Virus record (IMG/VR): IMGVR_UViG_3300025018_003790
DNA: 64,000 nucleotides
Source: a virus
Taxonomy: Duplodnaviria; Heunggongvirae; Uroviricota; Caudoviricetes
Strand: one strand, 5' to 3'
The translations under genes were made by a program, and so were the position numbers. Each line of letters starts with the position of its first letter. The first letter of the stretch is position 1. Below the pieces are notes generated by a model. It saw only the letters and a list, made by a program, of their open reading frames with translations, searched no databases and had not been told where the DNA came from. Positions 40,732 to 51,287 of the stretch are shown piece after piece.

Positions 40732-41676
40732 TCAGCCGGTGGGTGGAACAAAATCTTCCCTTAATCTCTCAGGTGTCACTAAGCAAGGATCTAAATAGTT
40801 GCCCTTTTTTGAATTACATAAGCAACACATTGTTTGAATGTTGACCGGATTATCATTCCCACCTTTTGACTTTGGAACAATATGATCATGAGTCATCAAA
40901 TAATTCTCACCATCATAAAGATTGAAGTGTGGTCTATTTTGATTGACAGGAAGTTCTAAAACAAATTTAACACCAACTCGCCCACATTCAGAACAAACAA
41001 GTGAATCTTTAAACGCCATCAAACGAACAGAATTTAATCTTGATTTATAAAAACAACCATCTATTTCTATTTCTAGATCATGCGTAGATCCAAGTAATGG
41101 AACTATTTCATCAACTGAAAACTCTTTCAAATTAATCAAATTTGTGTTCCCAAGTTTTGTCCCAACATTCCCTTGGTTTTTCTTTTTTCTCTTCTTCTTT
41201 TTGCCCTGCCGTTCCACAAAAGGTAGGGTTTTGCTTATTCTAGAAGAACTTATGGAATTCATTACTTTAATAAACTCAAAATATTCAAGATCTATTTTTG
41301 AAAATAAATCTAATTTGGTTATATCCGCAAACATATTTATTTTCAAAATAGCAGGGACAAATCTTGTGTCAATTCTTTCTGTGTCGAAAGAATAACTTTC
41401 AAAATCTTCTTCGTCCATTTCTAAATCAATAAGTGCATCAATTCTATCAAAAACATCTAAACAAAAAAACAACAATTTCTCTTCATCTTTTAATTCCACA
41501 CCACTAATTAATTCTATCAATCCCATAGAAAGAGAGGTTATCTTAGATAATGGAATTTGATCTTCTAATTCAAAAAAGTCAATTTCACCTAACCCTAAAA
41601 TGACACAGATAGCTTTTTCACCTGGAAAAATAGGCATTTTAGAGATTGCACAGACCGGATGTTTTAATTCAGACAT
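40732..41676 (-). CDS. HNH endonuclease (free-standing, 314 aa)
   Basis: C-terminal HDHIVPKSKGGNDNPVNIQTMCCLCNSKKGN = HNH motif with CxxC...CxxC. Confidence 0.6.
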   Translation of the reverse strand: MSELKHPVCAISKMPIFPGEKAICVILGLGEIDFFELEDQIPLSKITSLSMGLIELISGVELKDEEKLLFFCLDVFDRIDALIDLEMDEEDFESYSFDTERIDTRFVPAILKINMFADITKLDLFSKIDLEYFEFIKVMNSISSSRISKTLPFVERQGKKKKRKKKNQGNVGTKLGNTNLINLKEFSVDEIVPLLGSTHDLEIEIDGCFYKSRLNSVRLMAFKDSLVCSECGRVGVKFVLELPVNQNRPHFNLYDGENYLMTHDHIVPKSKGGNDNPVNIQTMCCLCNSKKGNYLDPCLVTPERLREDFVPPTG

Positions 41677-43718
41677 CGAAGCTATCGCCTTTCCTTCCCC
41701 AAATTATCTATTTGATTTAATTTTTGCAATTTTTTCTATTTCTTTTAGTCTTTCTTGTGTATCAATATCTTCATCTAACAAAATCGCAGATAAAAGATCA
41801 ATAATTTTTATTTCATTATTCTTAAGTTCTTCAAAATCTAGATTCAATTTAGAGAATTCTTTGGAAAGTTCTGAAAACTTCTTTTCTTTATTTTGTTTAG
41901 ATAGTTCAAACAAATTATCAATTATATAAAACAACACCCCTCCGACAATAATAATAATGATTAGGTCGTTCATTTTTTATCTCCGAAGATTAAGCTTGAA
42001 GAACTTGAAAAAACTAAATCATCCTTAAAAAGAGGATTTTCGGTTTTTTTGAAAGGACAGGGGATCTGATCATAAAATTGATTGATATTTCTTCCGAATA
42101 TTGAATAGCCTTCTTTTTGTTTAATGACTTGAATTCTCTTGGTAGAAAGGCCACGAGTATTCCTTGAATAAGTTGGTGCATTAAGATTAATAATCAAGAT
42201 ATCTTTGTTCTTAGGGCGCCAAATATCATATACAGAAAGCCATCTTAAATCATTTTCTTGCAAATCTTTCACAAGAATTATTTTTGGCTCTTCTTTTTCT
42301 TTATAAACTATCTTTTCTTTTTGGGGTGGAATAACAAATGGTTTTACTGCAAATATAAACAAAGCCATTGATAGGATAAAATAGATCAACTTCGGTCTGT
42401 TTTTCATGGCTGTTCCCTTCCCAAAATGGGCGCATTGCCTACGATAACCGTTTCTTCTCCTGCTTGGACTTCAAATTCTTTTTGGGTTAAATCAAAACAG
42501 CCGCTTGCTAAACCAATTTTTATATCCTTTTGATGAAGTGGACAGGTTAAACAACCAAGTAATTTCAAATATTGAGTTGAGTTTGGGTTGATCACCATCC
42601 CACTTGCCTGCCTTTCAGGATGAGTGCCCGACCAGTCCATACTTAATGCACACTTCGCCCACAATGTTTGATTTTAAAAAGGAGATCAAATCAGAATATT
42701 CTAATTCCATCAATTCAATTTGCCTTTCCCTTTCAGAATCTGAAGGGATTTCAAAAAGCAATCCTTCTTGAAACATTTTCTCTTCATTCCACCAAAAACT
42801 TTCAACCTTAACCTTTGATGAATTAGTCATTAGAACAACACGGTTTGATTCGTTAAAAGTCCCACGATCACAAAGACGATCATAGAAATCTTCCGGGAAA
42901 TTTTTGGTATCATATCCTAATTTAATCAAAGCTGTCGAAACACCATCACCAACAATTTCGATGTATGGCCCCATGTAGTGTCTGATTGAAAATGACATCT
43001 CCAGCCCCTCTGGCAGTCCAGCCGCCACACCTTAGTATACCCCAACGGAGGCCATCCGAGTAAGCTTCGCCGTTGGGGCGCAAAAATATCAAAAAATTGA
43101 TTAGTTATTTAGATTTAATCAAATAGCTAATTGCTTGTTCTATTGTTTCAAAAGTAGCCTCTGTCTCATAAAAAGATGTAACAAGAGCTACACCTTTTTT
43201 ATAAATAAATAAAGTGCTATTTTCATCCAATATTGATACACAAGAAAGACTAAAAGAAAATGAAATTCTTAATACTTTTGCACTAATCATACTATGTTTT
43301 TTGTTGATGCCATGTTCATCACAATCATAATAATCAATTTCAAAGTTTTTTCTAATAAACGGAAGAATACAATTTAATTCTTCCATATATTCTTCTATTG
43401 GAGTATTTCCAAAAACCATTAAATAAAAATCACACTGTTCTTTTTCTTTATTAAAACAATTTTGATAAATATGCTTAAATTTAGCATCCATTGCAGCGGT
43501 ATAAGCTGCAATTTCCCAGATGTTTGAATTTGTTTTATATTTATATGAGAACCAATCTAGAATTTCCTCTCGTGTCAGACTCATAATTCTTTCTAATTCA
43601 TTTTCTTCTGTTGGATCCCTAATTTCAGTTAAAATATCACCTTTTTTTAATTTAAATGTCTCAACTTGTGCTTTTTCAGATGAAAAGAATGTTATATCCA
43701 TAAGTTTTTTCTACTACA

Positions 43719-44144
43719 TCAATACAGACTTAGAACACCAGTTATTTCGTCGATGTCCTCTGATTTGTTTGGGCCAATTCCAACTGCTGTGTTAGTAGGA
43801 ATCCCCTTGAATTCAGTTAAACCTGCATCTGTGATTAATTCACAGGTTAATCCTGCTTCTTTTGCTCTGTTGAAAATATATAAAAGTTCTTCTTCACTTC
43901 CAACTTGCAGACAGACTTTTGTGAATTTCCCATTAATCCAAATAATTTCTTCTTCTGTTAATTCAATTGTTACTTGGTTTGATGAGGGTTTCAATTCTTT
44001 TCTGATTTTGTTTGTCAAAAAAGCTTGTGCGGCATGGCTACCTTGTGCAATTTCTTTCCCTCTTCGAACTTTTAAATCTTTCCTCATAATTATTACCTGC
44101 TTCACATTCATCATCCCCACCTCCATTCTAGTGTGTTTAGCCAT
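43719..44144 (-). CDS. pth2: peptidyl-tRNA hydrolase, PTH2 family
   Basis: KQVIIMRKDLKVRRGKEIAQGSHAAQAF matches the PTH2 N-terminal core (K/R-G-K-hAAQ-SHA). Confidence 0.75.
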   Translation of the reverse strand: MAKHTRMEVGMMNVKQVIIMRKDLKVRRGKEIAQGSHAAQAFLTNKIRKELKPSSNQVTIELTEEEIIWINGKFTKVCLQVGSEEELLYIFNRAKEAGLTCELITDAGLTEFKGIPTNTAVGIGPNKSEDIDEITGVLSLY

Positions 44145-44939
44145 TGCTCAGAACCGTCTTCATAAACAAGAACTTGCCTTGTTCTTAATTTTTTAATTTT
44201 ACCATTATAAAAAACATATTTGTAATATCATCCATTCTCCTTTTCTAATTGTTTTAACAATTCAATTAGTTCAATTGGGATTTCAATTCGGTATGAAATA
44301 TCCCAAGCCATAATTCTAGAAAACCATTTGTCCTTTTTGGCTAATAAAATCAAACTGCTTCTATTTAATCTTTCATAAAAATCAGGATTTAAAGAAGAAC
44401 TTTTGTTAATCCTCTCTCCCCATTCATAGTACCATTCTAAATCTTTTAATGGGCAATTCTTTTCAACACTTATCCCAGATCTAAGTCTTGTATCAATTTC
44501 TAAAACCTCTAAAGGATGTCTTTTAATTGCACGATTAATATCTATTTTTATCTTTCCATCTTCAAGTAGCATATTCATCAAGAATCTCCTCGTTGATTAA
44601 CCTATAATTCCTTTGAATGACTTGACAGCATTTCTTTAATCGTTTTTCACGCTGAAAGAGATTGGTGATAACAGCCTTATTCTCAAATTCTCTTGGCTCG
44701 TCTCCCCAAGAATTCCCAGCATATCCACCAGCAAAATATTTCCCTGTCTCAGTGTTCTTTATCACAAACACCGTTTTTGTCTCTGTTAGTTTGAATCCCA
44801 TTGCTCCGACCTCCATCCTCTCGGGTTGAGAGCATCTCATTATACCACAGAGACAAGGACGAAACACACCGGAAAGAAGGAACTTTTTAGAAGGATATTT
44901 AAGAAAGCTTGAGAATTAGGAATAATCAGGAGAATAAAA

Positions 44940-45680
44940 ATGCCTAATATTGACAAAAATTTTATTGTGGAAATTCTTAAATATGCAGAAAAATATGAGA
45001 AAGATGGGAATGTAATATTTTCTGACATACTTGATTCTGTAGCTGAAACTCTAGCAACTATTTCTAATCCATCAAAAATTAAACGTTTTTCACAAACTGA
45101 CCAACAAGTAATTCCTAATCAAAAACTTGAAATATCAGAACCAATTTCTTTTAATGGAAGAGAGAATTCTGATTTTGATCAAGCTTTTAATCTTCTAGAA
45201 AAAGCAATAGAAATAGTTCTTCCATATAAAGGCATTCCACAACTTCAACAACCTATTGCTAATTTGTTCAATTCTGTTCAAATGATGGGATGGGCTATTG
45301 GTGGGAATCCTTTAATGAAACAAGATTCAAAATGGGCTCAAGAAATGATTGCAGCGGGACGTGGCCCAGAAGTTTTCCAATTTATCAGTCAATTAGATAA
45401 CCCCGACGAACAAACAAGGAATGAAATTGTTGAAAACGGATATATCCCTGGGAAAAGTCTTTCAGATATTATTGATGATACTACCCAACAAAATGTCCCC
45501 GAAAAAGAAAAACCATTAGCACCAAAAGAAGCAGAGAATAAAACTATTAAAAAACTTGCAGAAGCGAACCCAAAATTTGAAGATCTTGATGGTAAAACAA
45601 AAGTAGCATTTATTTCAAATTATGGTTTAATGATTTTAAACAAAAATCTGTATCTGAAACTACAAGATTTTTGCAACTAG
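44940..45680 (+). CDS. hypothetical protein (plus strand)
   Basis: ORF track, 246 aa, divergent from the upstream minus-strand genes. Confidence 0.45.
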   Translation: MPNIDKNFIVEILKYAEKYEKDGNVIFSDILDSVAETLATISNPSKIKRFSQTDQQVIPNQKLEISEPISFNGRENSDFDQAFNLLEKAIEIVLPYKGIPQLQQPIANLFNSVQMMGWAIGGNPLMKQDSKWAQEMIAAGRGPEVFQFISQLDNPDEQTRNEIVENGYIPGKSLSDIIDDTTQQNVPEKEKPLAPKEAENKTIKKLAEANPKFEDLDGKTKVAFISNYGLMILNKNLYLKLQDFCN

Positions 45681-45746
45681 ATTGGAAAGCAACACACAGG
45701 CAAAATTGCTTTGCCTGTGTGTTGCTTTCCAATTCTTTTCAGTCTC

Positions 45747-46658
45747 TTATTTTTCTGCTTTTTTCGACTTGCTGCTGGTTTCTTCTGCGGCCGGAAGATT
45801 GAGAATCATCCCGTTCCCAGAGCCAACGACCAAGGGTTGTGCCCCATCCCAAGCATCAATCGTAAGATACTTCAAAAGACTTGGAGTCAAAGATTCGTTG
45901 ATAATTCTATTCGATTCTGCTTGTGCTCGGGCGATTTCCAGCTTCGATTCGGCCTCGCCCTTTGCTTTCGCAATTGCCTGATCAGCTTGTGCCTTAATCT
46001 CCTTGACCTTTTGCTCCGCTTTACTGGCCTCCTGGCTGGCTTCGATCACAGCGTTGATCGAGTTTACAACCCTTTCGTCAGGCCGAGGAGCGGTCATAAA
46101 GCTAACGTTGTTGAAAATAAATCCACTTGGGCCAAGTTCCGATTCCAAATATTCCTTAACTTCATCAAGCAATGCACCCTTCTTTTCACCGAAAATTTCA
46201 ATCGCTGAATACTTCGAGGCACAACGATTGAATCCATCCCTGACTCTGTCACGGACAGTGTTGTCAGAAAGTTCTTCAATCGTCGTCCAACGATATTTGC
46301 TGTAAATATCAGGGGCTTTTGCCGGATCAATTTGATATTCAATACTCACATCAGCATTGAAATTTGCACCTTCGCTGGACGAAAAATCGAAAGAATCATC
46401 GTTCTTGCTACCCTCTGTGGGGTTTTTCGTCCATTTCTCTGATTGACGATAAATTGGGAAAACAATAATTTCTGTTGTGGGCATGAAATAGAAATGGTAT
46501 CCAACGCCCAACGGAGTCGGGTGGACGCCAGCAGAGCTACCTGTTTTTTTGACTTCAACCCCGACATGTTGCGGTGGGACCTTCGCACACCCCGAAGCAA
46601 AAATTGACACAAAAATCATAATCGAAACTGCCACTGCGGTTCTTTTGGAGAACATCAT
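45747..46658 (-). CDS. SPFH/Band-7 (prohibitin-like) lipoprotein
   Basis: Lipobox IFASGC after a signal helix; SPFH core followed by an Ala/Glu/Lys-rich coiled coil (EASKAEQKVKEIKAQADQAIAKAKGEAESKLEIARAQAE). Confidence 0.7.
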   Translation of the reverse strand: MMFSKRTAVAVSIMIFVSIFASGCAKVPPQHVGVEVKKTGSSAGVHPTPLGVGYHFYFMPTTEIIVFPIYRQSEKWTKNPTEGSKNDDSFDFSSSEGANFNADVSIEYQIDPAKAPDIYSKYRWTTIEELSDNTVRDRVRDGFNRCASKYSAIEIFGEKKGALLDEVKEYLESELGPSGFIFNNVSFMTAPRPDERVVNSINAVIEASQEASKAEQKVKEIKAQADQAIAKAKGEAESKLEIARAQAESNRIINESLTPSLLKYLTIDAWDGAQPLVVGSGNGMILNLPAAEETSSKSKKAEK

Positions 46659-46951
46659 TCACCTTCTTTCGGTTCGGTTGCCGCTTTGATTTCAGCAGGA
46701 GGTTGTTCGGCTTCAACGGTTGGTTTCCAAATTCCAGCGATTTTATTAACACCAATAAGCACAAGGATCAAATCTATACCGAGGACAAGGATCCCATTAA
46801 TTACATATAAATCATTTCTTTTGTTCAAGAGAAAAATTCCAATAATTGCAATAATTGAGACAGCAATTAACCCTAAAATTGAATAGAAAATTGTTTTCGA
46901 AATTTTCATCAGCATCTCGTCACTCATCATCGCTTTCTGTCCTTTCCCCAA
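46655..46951 (-). CDS. small integral membrane protein, SPFH partner
   Basis: Two TM helices; 4-nt overlap with the SPFH gene. Confidence 0.5.
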   Translation of the reverse strand: MGKGQKAMMSDEMLMKISKTIFYSILGLIAVSIIAIIGIFLLNKRNDLYVINGILVLGIDLILVLIGVNKIAGIWKPTVEAEQPPAEIKAATEPKEGE

Positions 46952-47005
46952 ACAAAAAAACGAGAGGCTGAACCAACCAGGGCCATTGGTCGATTCAGCC
47001 TCTCG
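46951..47005 (-). terminator. strong rho-independent terminator
   Basis: CGAGAGGCTGAA-(19 nt loop)-TTCAGCCTCTCG perfect 12-bp stem followed on the minus strand by TTTTTTTGTTTGG. Confidence 0.6.
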
Positions 47006-47289
47006 TATCTTGCTTTTTGGCGCTTGTTAGCACCTTTTCGGCCAACCCAAGCCGGTTCCATAATCCGCAAGAGATCATGGCTCATTGTGCCACCCAGGCC
47101 GAAATGGAGATCACCGATTGCCGGTTTCTTCGAAATGATCATCAACAGCTTTTCAGCCGGATAGGCCCATTTCGACTTCACCAAGAATCTCCCTCACAAA
47201 TCGGCTTACCTTTTTGTGGCACCTTCCACGATACCTCGAACCGGAGAGGCGGATGGTCCTCTCCGGCCCGAGGCACTCTGCGTCAACAC
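46951..47289 (-). ncRNA. candidate structured ncRNA (about 335 nt, GC-rich, promoter-to-terminator unit)
   Basis: Sigma70-type promoter TTGACA-N16-TATACT (47296-47323, minus) upstream, intrinsic terminator downstream; about 55% GC with many perfect stems (e.g. CCGGAGAGG/CCTCTCCGG). The only ORF (TTG start) runs through the terminator hairpin. Confidence 0.35.
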
Positions 47290-47295
47290 ACCTAG

Positions 47296-47323
47296 AGTAT
47301 ATCACCCCAGCGACCAGTGTCAA
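47296..47323 (-). promoter_or_regulatory. sigma70-like promoter TTGACA-N16-TATACT
   Basis: Exact -35 and near-consensus -10 read on the minus strand. Confidence 0.5.
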
Positions 47324-47640
47324 ACTAGGTGGCCTCTGGAAGAAATTCTATCTTTTCTAATAAATCGTTATTGGGAAGCCACTCATCAAACCAATTAAGA
47401 TATTCATCTAATCGTTCTTTTGAAAGATTCAATCTCATACCATGATCACGATCAAGAGAGATTAAGCAACATAACAATTTTTCTAAAAAATCTATGGAAA
47501 TAGACAACCACCATTTTCTACCGAATGAAGAAAAAAGAATCGAGCCGCTGCTGGCCCTATAAAAATAACCACATTGAGTAGGATAATCTTCTCCAATCGG
47601 GACAAAAAGAATCAAACCGTTCCTTAAAATCTGCGGAAAT

Positions 47641-48831
47641 CTAAGCATTTGACAATGCTCCAAATATCCGCAAACTCACTGGTTTGAAACCGGCACCGTA
47701 AGGTCCGGTGAAAAATCGATTCAAAATATTCCTCCCTGCATTTGTATCTGCGTTGCCTTTATGACCACAACCAAGGCACAGGAATATCTCTCCATTCCGA
47801 TTCTTCTTATCAGCATGACCACATTCAGGGCAAGTGATACTGGTATTATAACACGGAACGGTTCGGAAGGAAACACGGTTTTCTTCACACCCCATTTGAA
47901 CCCGGTTCAACCAATATCGCCACACCCACGAGCCAATAACTCGACGCATATTTTTGGAAAGGCGTCGTCTTTCCTTTGTCTTGTGATTCAAATTGCTAAG
48001 CTTCTCCACAACCACAAGATCAATCTTTTCATTAGAAACTATTTGCTTCGCAACCTCATCCATTTGTTGCTTCAATGCCCTTCTGGCTCGCTTTTGTCCT
48101 TTAGAACCATGTTGGCAACGATTGATGCGATTAACGCAACCTTTTATATCTCTGCCCAACTGCTCGCCGTTGGAAAAAGAAGCTAAAGCATTGATACCAG
48201 AATCAATCCCTATGGCATTTTTGCCTTGCTTCTTTTCACCAGTTTCAATTTCAAAGCAAAATTGAACAGAATCTTTTGTTATGATATAGGAATTAAGTCT
48301 TTTTCCCAAGTTGTCCCATTTATTGAAATGCTTATGGAAACGAATTGGCAGGTTCATCACGATCTTATTTCCTATTGAAGCTAGATGAAGCCAAGCATCG
48401 AATTCATTAGTTTTAGACATTTGAAGATCAGCAATAGTGCAACTGACATTCATTCTATTGCCTTTGTGCTTTGGCTTCACGGCTATCAATGACTCTGCTT
48501 TCTGTCTCAATTGGTTCGCCTTTGTTGCGCTTTTAGCTTTTTCTGCTTTGGCAAGAAGCCTCTTCTTTTCGTTGTTGGTTTTTTCTTGGGAAGCCTTGAT
48601 CATGTCAATTGCTTCTCTGGCACAAACCTTTCTAAGTCTAGCTGAAAGCCAAGAATCAGGAGCGTTCACGATGTCTTTTAACAATTCTGCTTTGGTTGGG
48701 CATTGCTCCCAGAAGGAATCGATGAACAGGTTGCAAACTCTTCCGTATTCGGTCAACACAGCACCAAGCTCCAGCCTCTTTGCGGAGGTTGAAAACTTGA
48801 GGCTGCACTGTGCTGACCGAATAATTTTCAT
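47641..48831 (-). CDS. tnpB: TnpB (OrfB) RNA-guided endonuclease
   Basis: Same RuvC-I/II/III and zinc-finger motifs as 19709..20899. Confidence 0.85.
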   Translation of the reverse strand: MKIIRSAQCSLKFSTSAKRLELGAVLTEYGRVCNLFIDSFWEQCPTKAELLKDIVNAPDSWLSARLRKVCAREAIDMIKASQEKTNNEKKRLLAKAEKAKSATKANQLRQKAESLIAVKPKHKGNRMNVSCTIADLQMSKTNEFDAWLHLASIGNKIVMNLPIRFHKHFNKWDNLGKRLNSYIITKDSVQFCFEIETGEKKQGKNAIGIDSGINALASFSNGEQLGRDIKGCVNRINRCQHGSKGQKRARRALKQQMDEVAKQIVSNEKIDLVVVEKLSNLNHKTKERRRLSKNMRRVIGSWVWRYWLNRVQMGCEENRVSFRTVPCYNTSITCPECGHADKKNRNGEIFLCLGCGHKGNADTNAGRNILNRFFTGPYGAGFKPVSLRIFGALSNA

Positions 48832-48832
48832 A

Positions 48833-49120
48833 TCAGTGGACCATCCCTTGCGTATCTATGGTAATTTTCTTTTCTCTCACACTATCTAATATAATAGGAT
48901 ATGGCCTTGATTCAGTAAAAACCTCTTCTCCAATAAGACCGGCTGTATATTCTCCAGATTCCAATGCTAATTGTTTATCATCTTTAACCCACCAATCCAT
49001 TACTTGCTGTTCTTCACCTTCACCAGAAGAAGCAACCTCTGATAATTCGAATTCTATATTCAATTCATAGTCATGTCCATCAATGTTTAGTTTGTGTTCA
49101 GTTTCATATTTAGTTGTCAT
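48833..49120 (-). CDS. small acidic protein (95 aa) inside the IS element
   Basis: ORF track; pI clearly acidic (EFELSEVASSGEGEEQQVMDWW...); 1-nt gap to the tnpB start. Confidence 0.45.
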   Translation of the reverse strand: MTTKYETEHKLNIDGHDYELNIEFELSEVASSGEGEEQQVMDWWVKDDKQLALESGEYTAGLIGEEVFTESRPYPIILDSVREKKITIDTQGMVH

Positions 49121-49132
49121 AATTTTTCTCCT

Positions 49133-50650
49133 TTACAGGTACATAACAGTTTTCTTGAGCTTGCCTAGTTCAATAACATTCTCTATAGGTTCGAACCAAA
49201 AATACTTTCCCTCCCAATCCGGCTGCCTTTGAATAAGTGAATTCCAACTATCAATGTGATTTGAATTTGGGCCGTCACAAAAAGTAAGTCTTTCTTTTCC
49301 AGCGAAGGCGCTTTCTCTCGGATTCCTATCCAATAGGGCCTTTGCCCTATCAATCCCCTTTTCACCAGATACCGTATTCGTAGCAACGCTCTTCTTTATT
49401 ATTTCCTCTGGAATATCCTCATACTTATCAAACACAATCATCTTGTATTGTCTTTTAATTTTGCTTTGAGAATTCCATCTCCCACCAGGGATTATGGTGA
49501 ATTCTCCATCAAAGAATCCGATGATATTATCCACCAATTTAGTGCTTGAGATATAAATCGGGAACACGTCGTCTTGTTTCCTGTGTCCTGATTTACAAGG
49601 AAAGCCTAAATATCTACCGATGGACTGATATAAAGAATCATCGGTTTTATAAGCATCAATATGCATACGAATATGCATAGTCTCATTTAGTGTCTTTCCT
49701 GCTCTCATTGCGCCTTTGATTATAATAATAGAAGGCTTTTTGGGTTGCTCTGATAAAGCACCATCTAACTGACTAATTTCGTAATCTCCATCAATAGAGT
49801 ATTCCCTAAACCAAATATTGGGATAGTTTTGCCCCAAATATCTTTCTATAACGAAGGGGGCTTGCCCCTGTGTCCTAATCACAAGATGACCGTTTCCATT
49901 CTTGTTGCAAAGACCAATGAATTCGTCTAGTCTTTCTTTAAAGAATGGAGTGACACAAGACTTCCTATCATCGGCCACTTTTGTTTCATGAACGACTACA
50001 AATCTCCCATCATTCTTTGCGTCTTCGATTGAATAATAATTATCACTCAATTCCAATTGGATACAAGAAAATGAATTCTCTCTTATTTTTGACTGAAGGA
50101 CAGATGCAAATGGGGTAGCTGACAGAGAAAGAACATAGTTATGACCATTATTCCAATCAGAAATAGGCATACCATATTCTATGCCCAATTTATCAAACAG
50201 CACATTAAGTGGACGACTATTGCCTAGAGCCTGATGGCATTCGTCAAGGAAGATTAGCCTTCTATCTACCGTTAGATCTATTTTATCGGGGATCGCATAT
50301 TCTGCCCCGCTTTTCTTAGTAAAATCTGCGAGATGGAAAACTTTAACCCGACAAGAAGCATTAGGCTCGTAGATACCAGCGTTCTGTAACCTTCGTTGCT
50401 GTTGTATTTTGAGTTCATTATCGGAAATATGAAGGATAAACAATATTTCGTAAGTTAGTCCTTCTTTCTCCCATTCATCTTTCATCATTTTAGCGACAAA
50501 GGTAGCCACTCCAGTTTTCCCCTGTTGGGTTTGAGCAATTAGCAATGGCGGGCCTTCATGCTTGGCAAATTCTTCTATAACCTCTTCTCCTGCTTTAATT
50601 TGTTCATAGTAAATAACTTCATCTCCAATTTTCATTTCAGATAGGCTCAT
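49133..50650 (-). CDS. SF2 helicase-like ATPase (DExH type)
   Basis: Motif I AQTQQGKTGVA, motif II FLDECHQAL, motif III SATP, motif VI-like QSIGRYLG; start overlaps the tnpA stop by 14 nt. Confidence 0.55.
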   Translation of the reverse strand: MSLSEMKIGDEVIYYEQIKAGEEVIEEFAKHEGPPLLIAQTQQGKTGVATFVAKMMKDEWEKEGLTYEILFILHISDNELKIQQQRRLQNAGIYEPNASCRVKVFHLADFTKKSGAEYAIPDKIDLTVDRRLIFLDECHQALGNSRPLNVLFDKLGIEYGMPISDWNNGHNYVLSLSATPFASVLQSKIRENSFSCIQLELSDNYYSIEDAKNDGRFVVVHETKVADDRKSCVTPFFKERLDEFIGLCNKNGNGHLVIRTQGQAPFVIERYLGQNYPNIWFREYSIDGDYEISQLDGALSEQPKKPSIIIIKGAMRAGKTLNETMHIRMHIDAYKTDDSLYQSIGRYLGFPCKSGHRKQDDVFPIYISSTKLVDNIIGFFDGEFTIIPGGRWNSQSKIKRQYKMIVFDKYEDIPEEIIKKSVATNTVSGEKGIDRAKALLDRNPRESAFAGKERLTFCDGPNSNHIDSWNSLIQRQPDWEGKYFWFEPIENVIELGKLKKTVMYL

Positions 50651-51287
50651 TGTTTTCTTCCTTTTCTTTTTCAGCTTTACGCTTTTTCCTATTATCAGCA
50701 GACCGTTTTCCGTAAATTTTATTTGAAAAAGATGCCATCAGCGAAAGAATGTCTTCCACTAACTCTTCTTCATAACTCTTTCCAAGTATTTCTTCAACCC
50801 ATTCAATCTCGACACCGTGGCTTCGGAAGAATTTCACAAGAAACTCAAACATAAATCGGCACAACCGATCACGATGTTCAATGATAACCTTGTCAATCTC
50901 ACCTTCTTCAGCCAGTTTGAGAAGCCGGTTCAATTTTGGGCGATCATCCGACATTCCAGAAGCAACCTCTTCAAAAGTTGCCACGACGAAATATTTTTTA
51001 TCAACACAATATTTTGACAATCTTCCCGATTGTCTCCCTAAGTCGCCTTTTGTTTTTTGTTCTTGCGATGATACTCTAGCATATACCGCTACTCTGATAG
51101 TATCTCTAGTTTTCTCTGCCTCTTCGCCAATAAAAGCCTGAATATCTGATATTTTGTATCGCCTGTGACCACCGGGGGTTTTCATCGGGACAAGAGTTCC
51201 TGACTTGTCCCATTGGCGCAAGGTATCTATATTGACTCCAAGGATTTGTGAGGCTTCTCCTATGCTAACTAACTTCTGTTGCGCCAT
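50637..51287 (-). CDS. tnpA: IS607-type TnpA serine recombinase with N-terminal MerR-like HTH
   Basis: HTH LVSIGEASQILGVNIDTLRQWDKSG; resolvase catalytic block IRVAVYARVSSQEQ...GDLGRQ; 216 aa. Confidence 0.8.
   Translation of the reverse strand: MAQQKLVSIGEASQILGVNIDTLRQWDKSGTLVPMKTPGGHRRYKISDIQAFIGEEAEKTRDTIRVAVYARVSSQEQKTKGDLGRQSGRLSKYCVDKKYFVVATFEEVASGMSDDRPKLNRLLKLAEEGEIDKVIIEHRDRLCRFMFEFLVKFFRSHGVEIEWVEEILGKSYEEELVEDILSLMASFSNKIYGKRSADNRKKRKAEKEKEENNEPI

Noticed and set aside
46927-47184. 85-aa basic ORF with GAGGGAG SD and TTG start inside the GC-rich unit
   Set aside because: It reads straight through the strong terminator hairpin and lies entirely in a promoter-to-terminator GC-rich segment. 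An ncRNA interpretation is preferred, but translation is not excluded.
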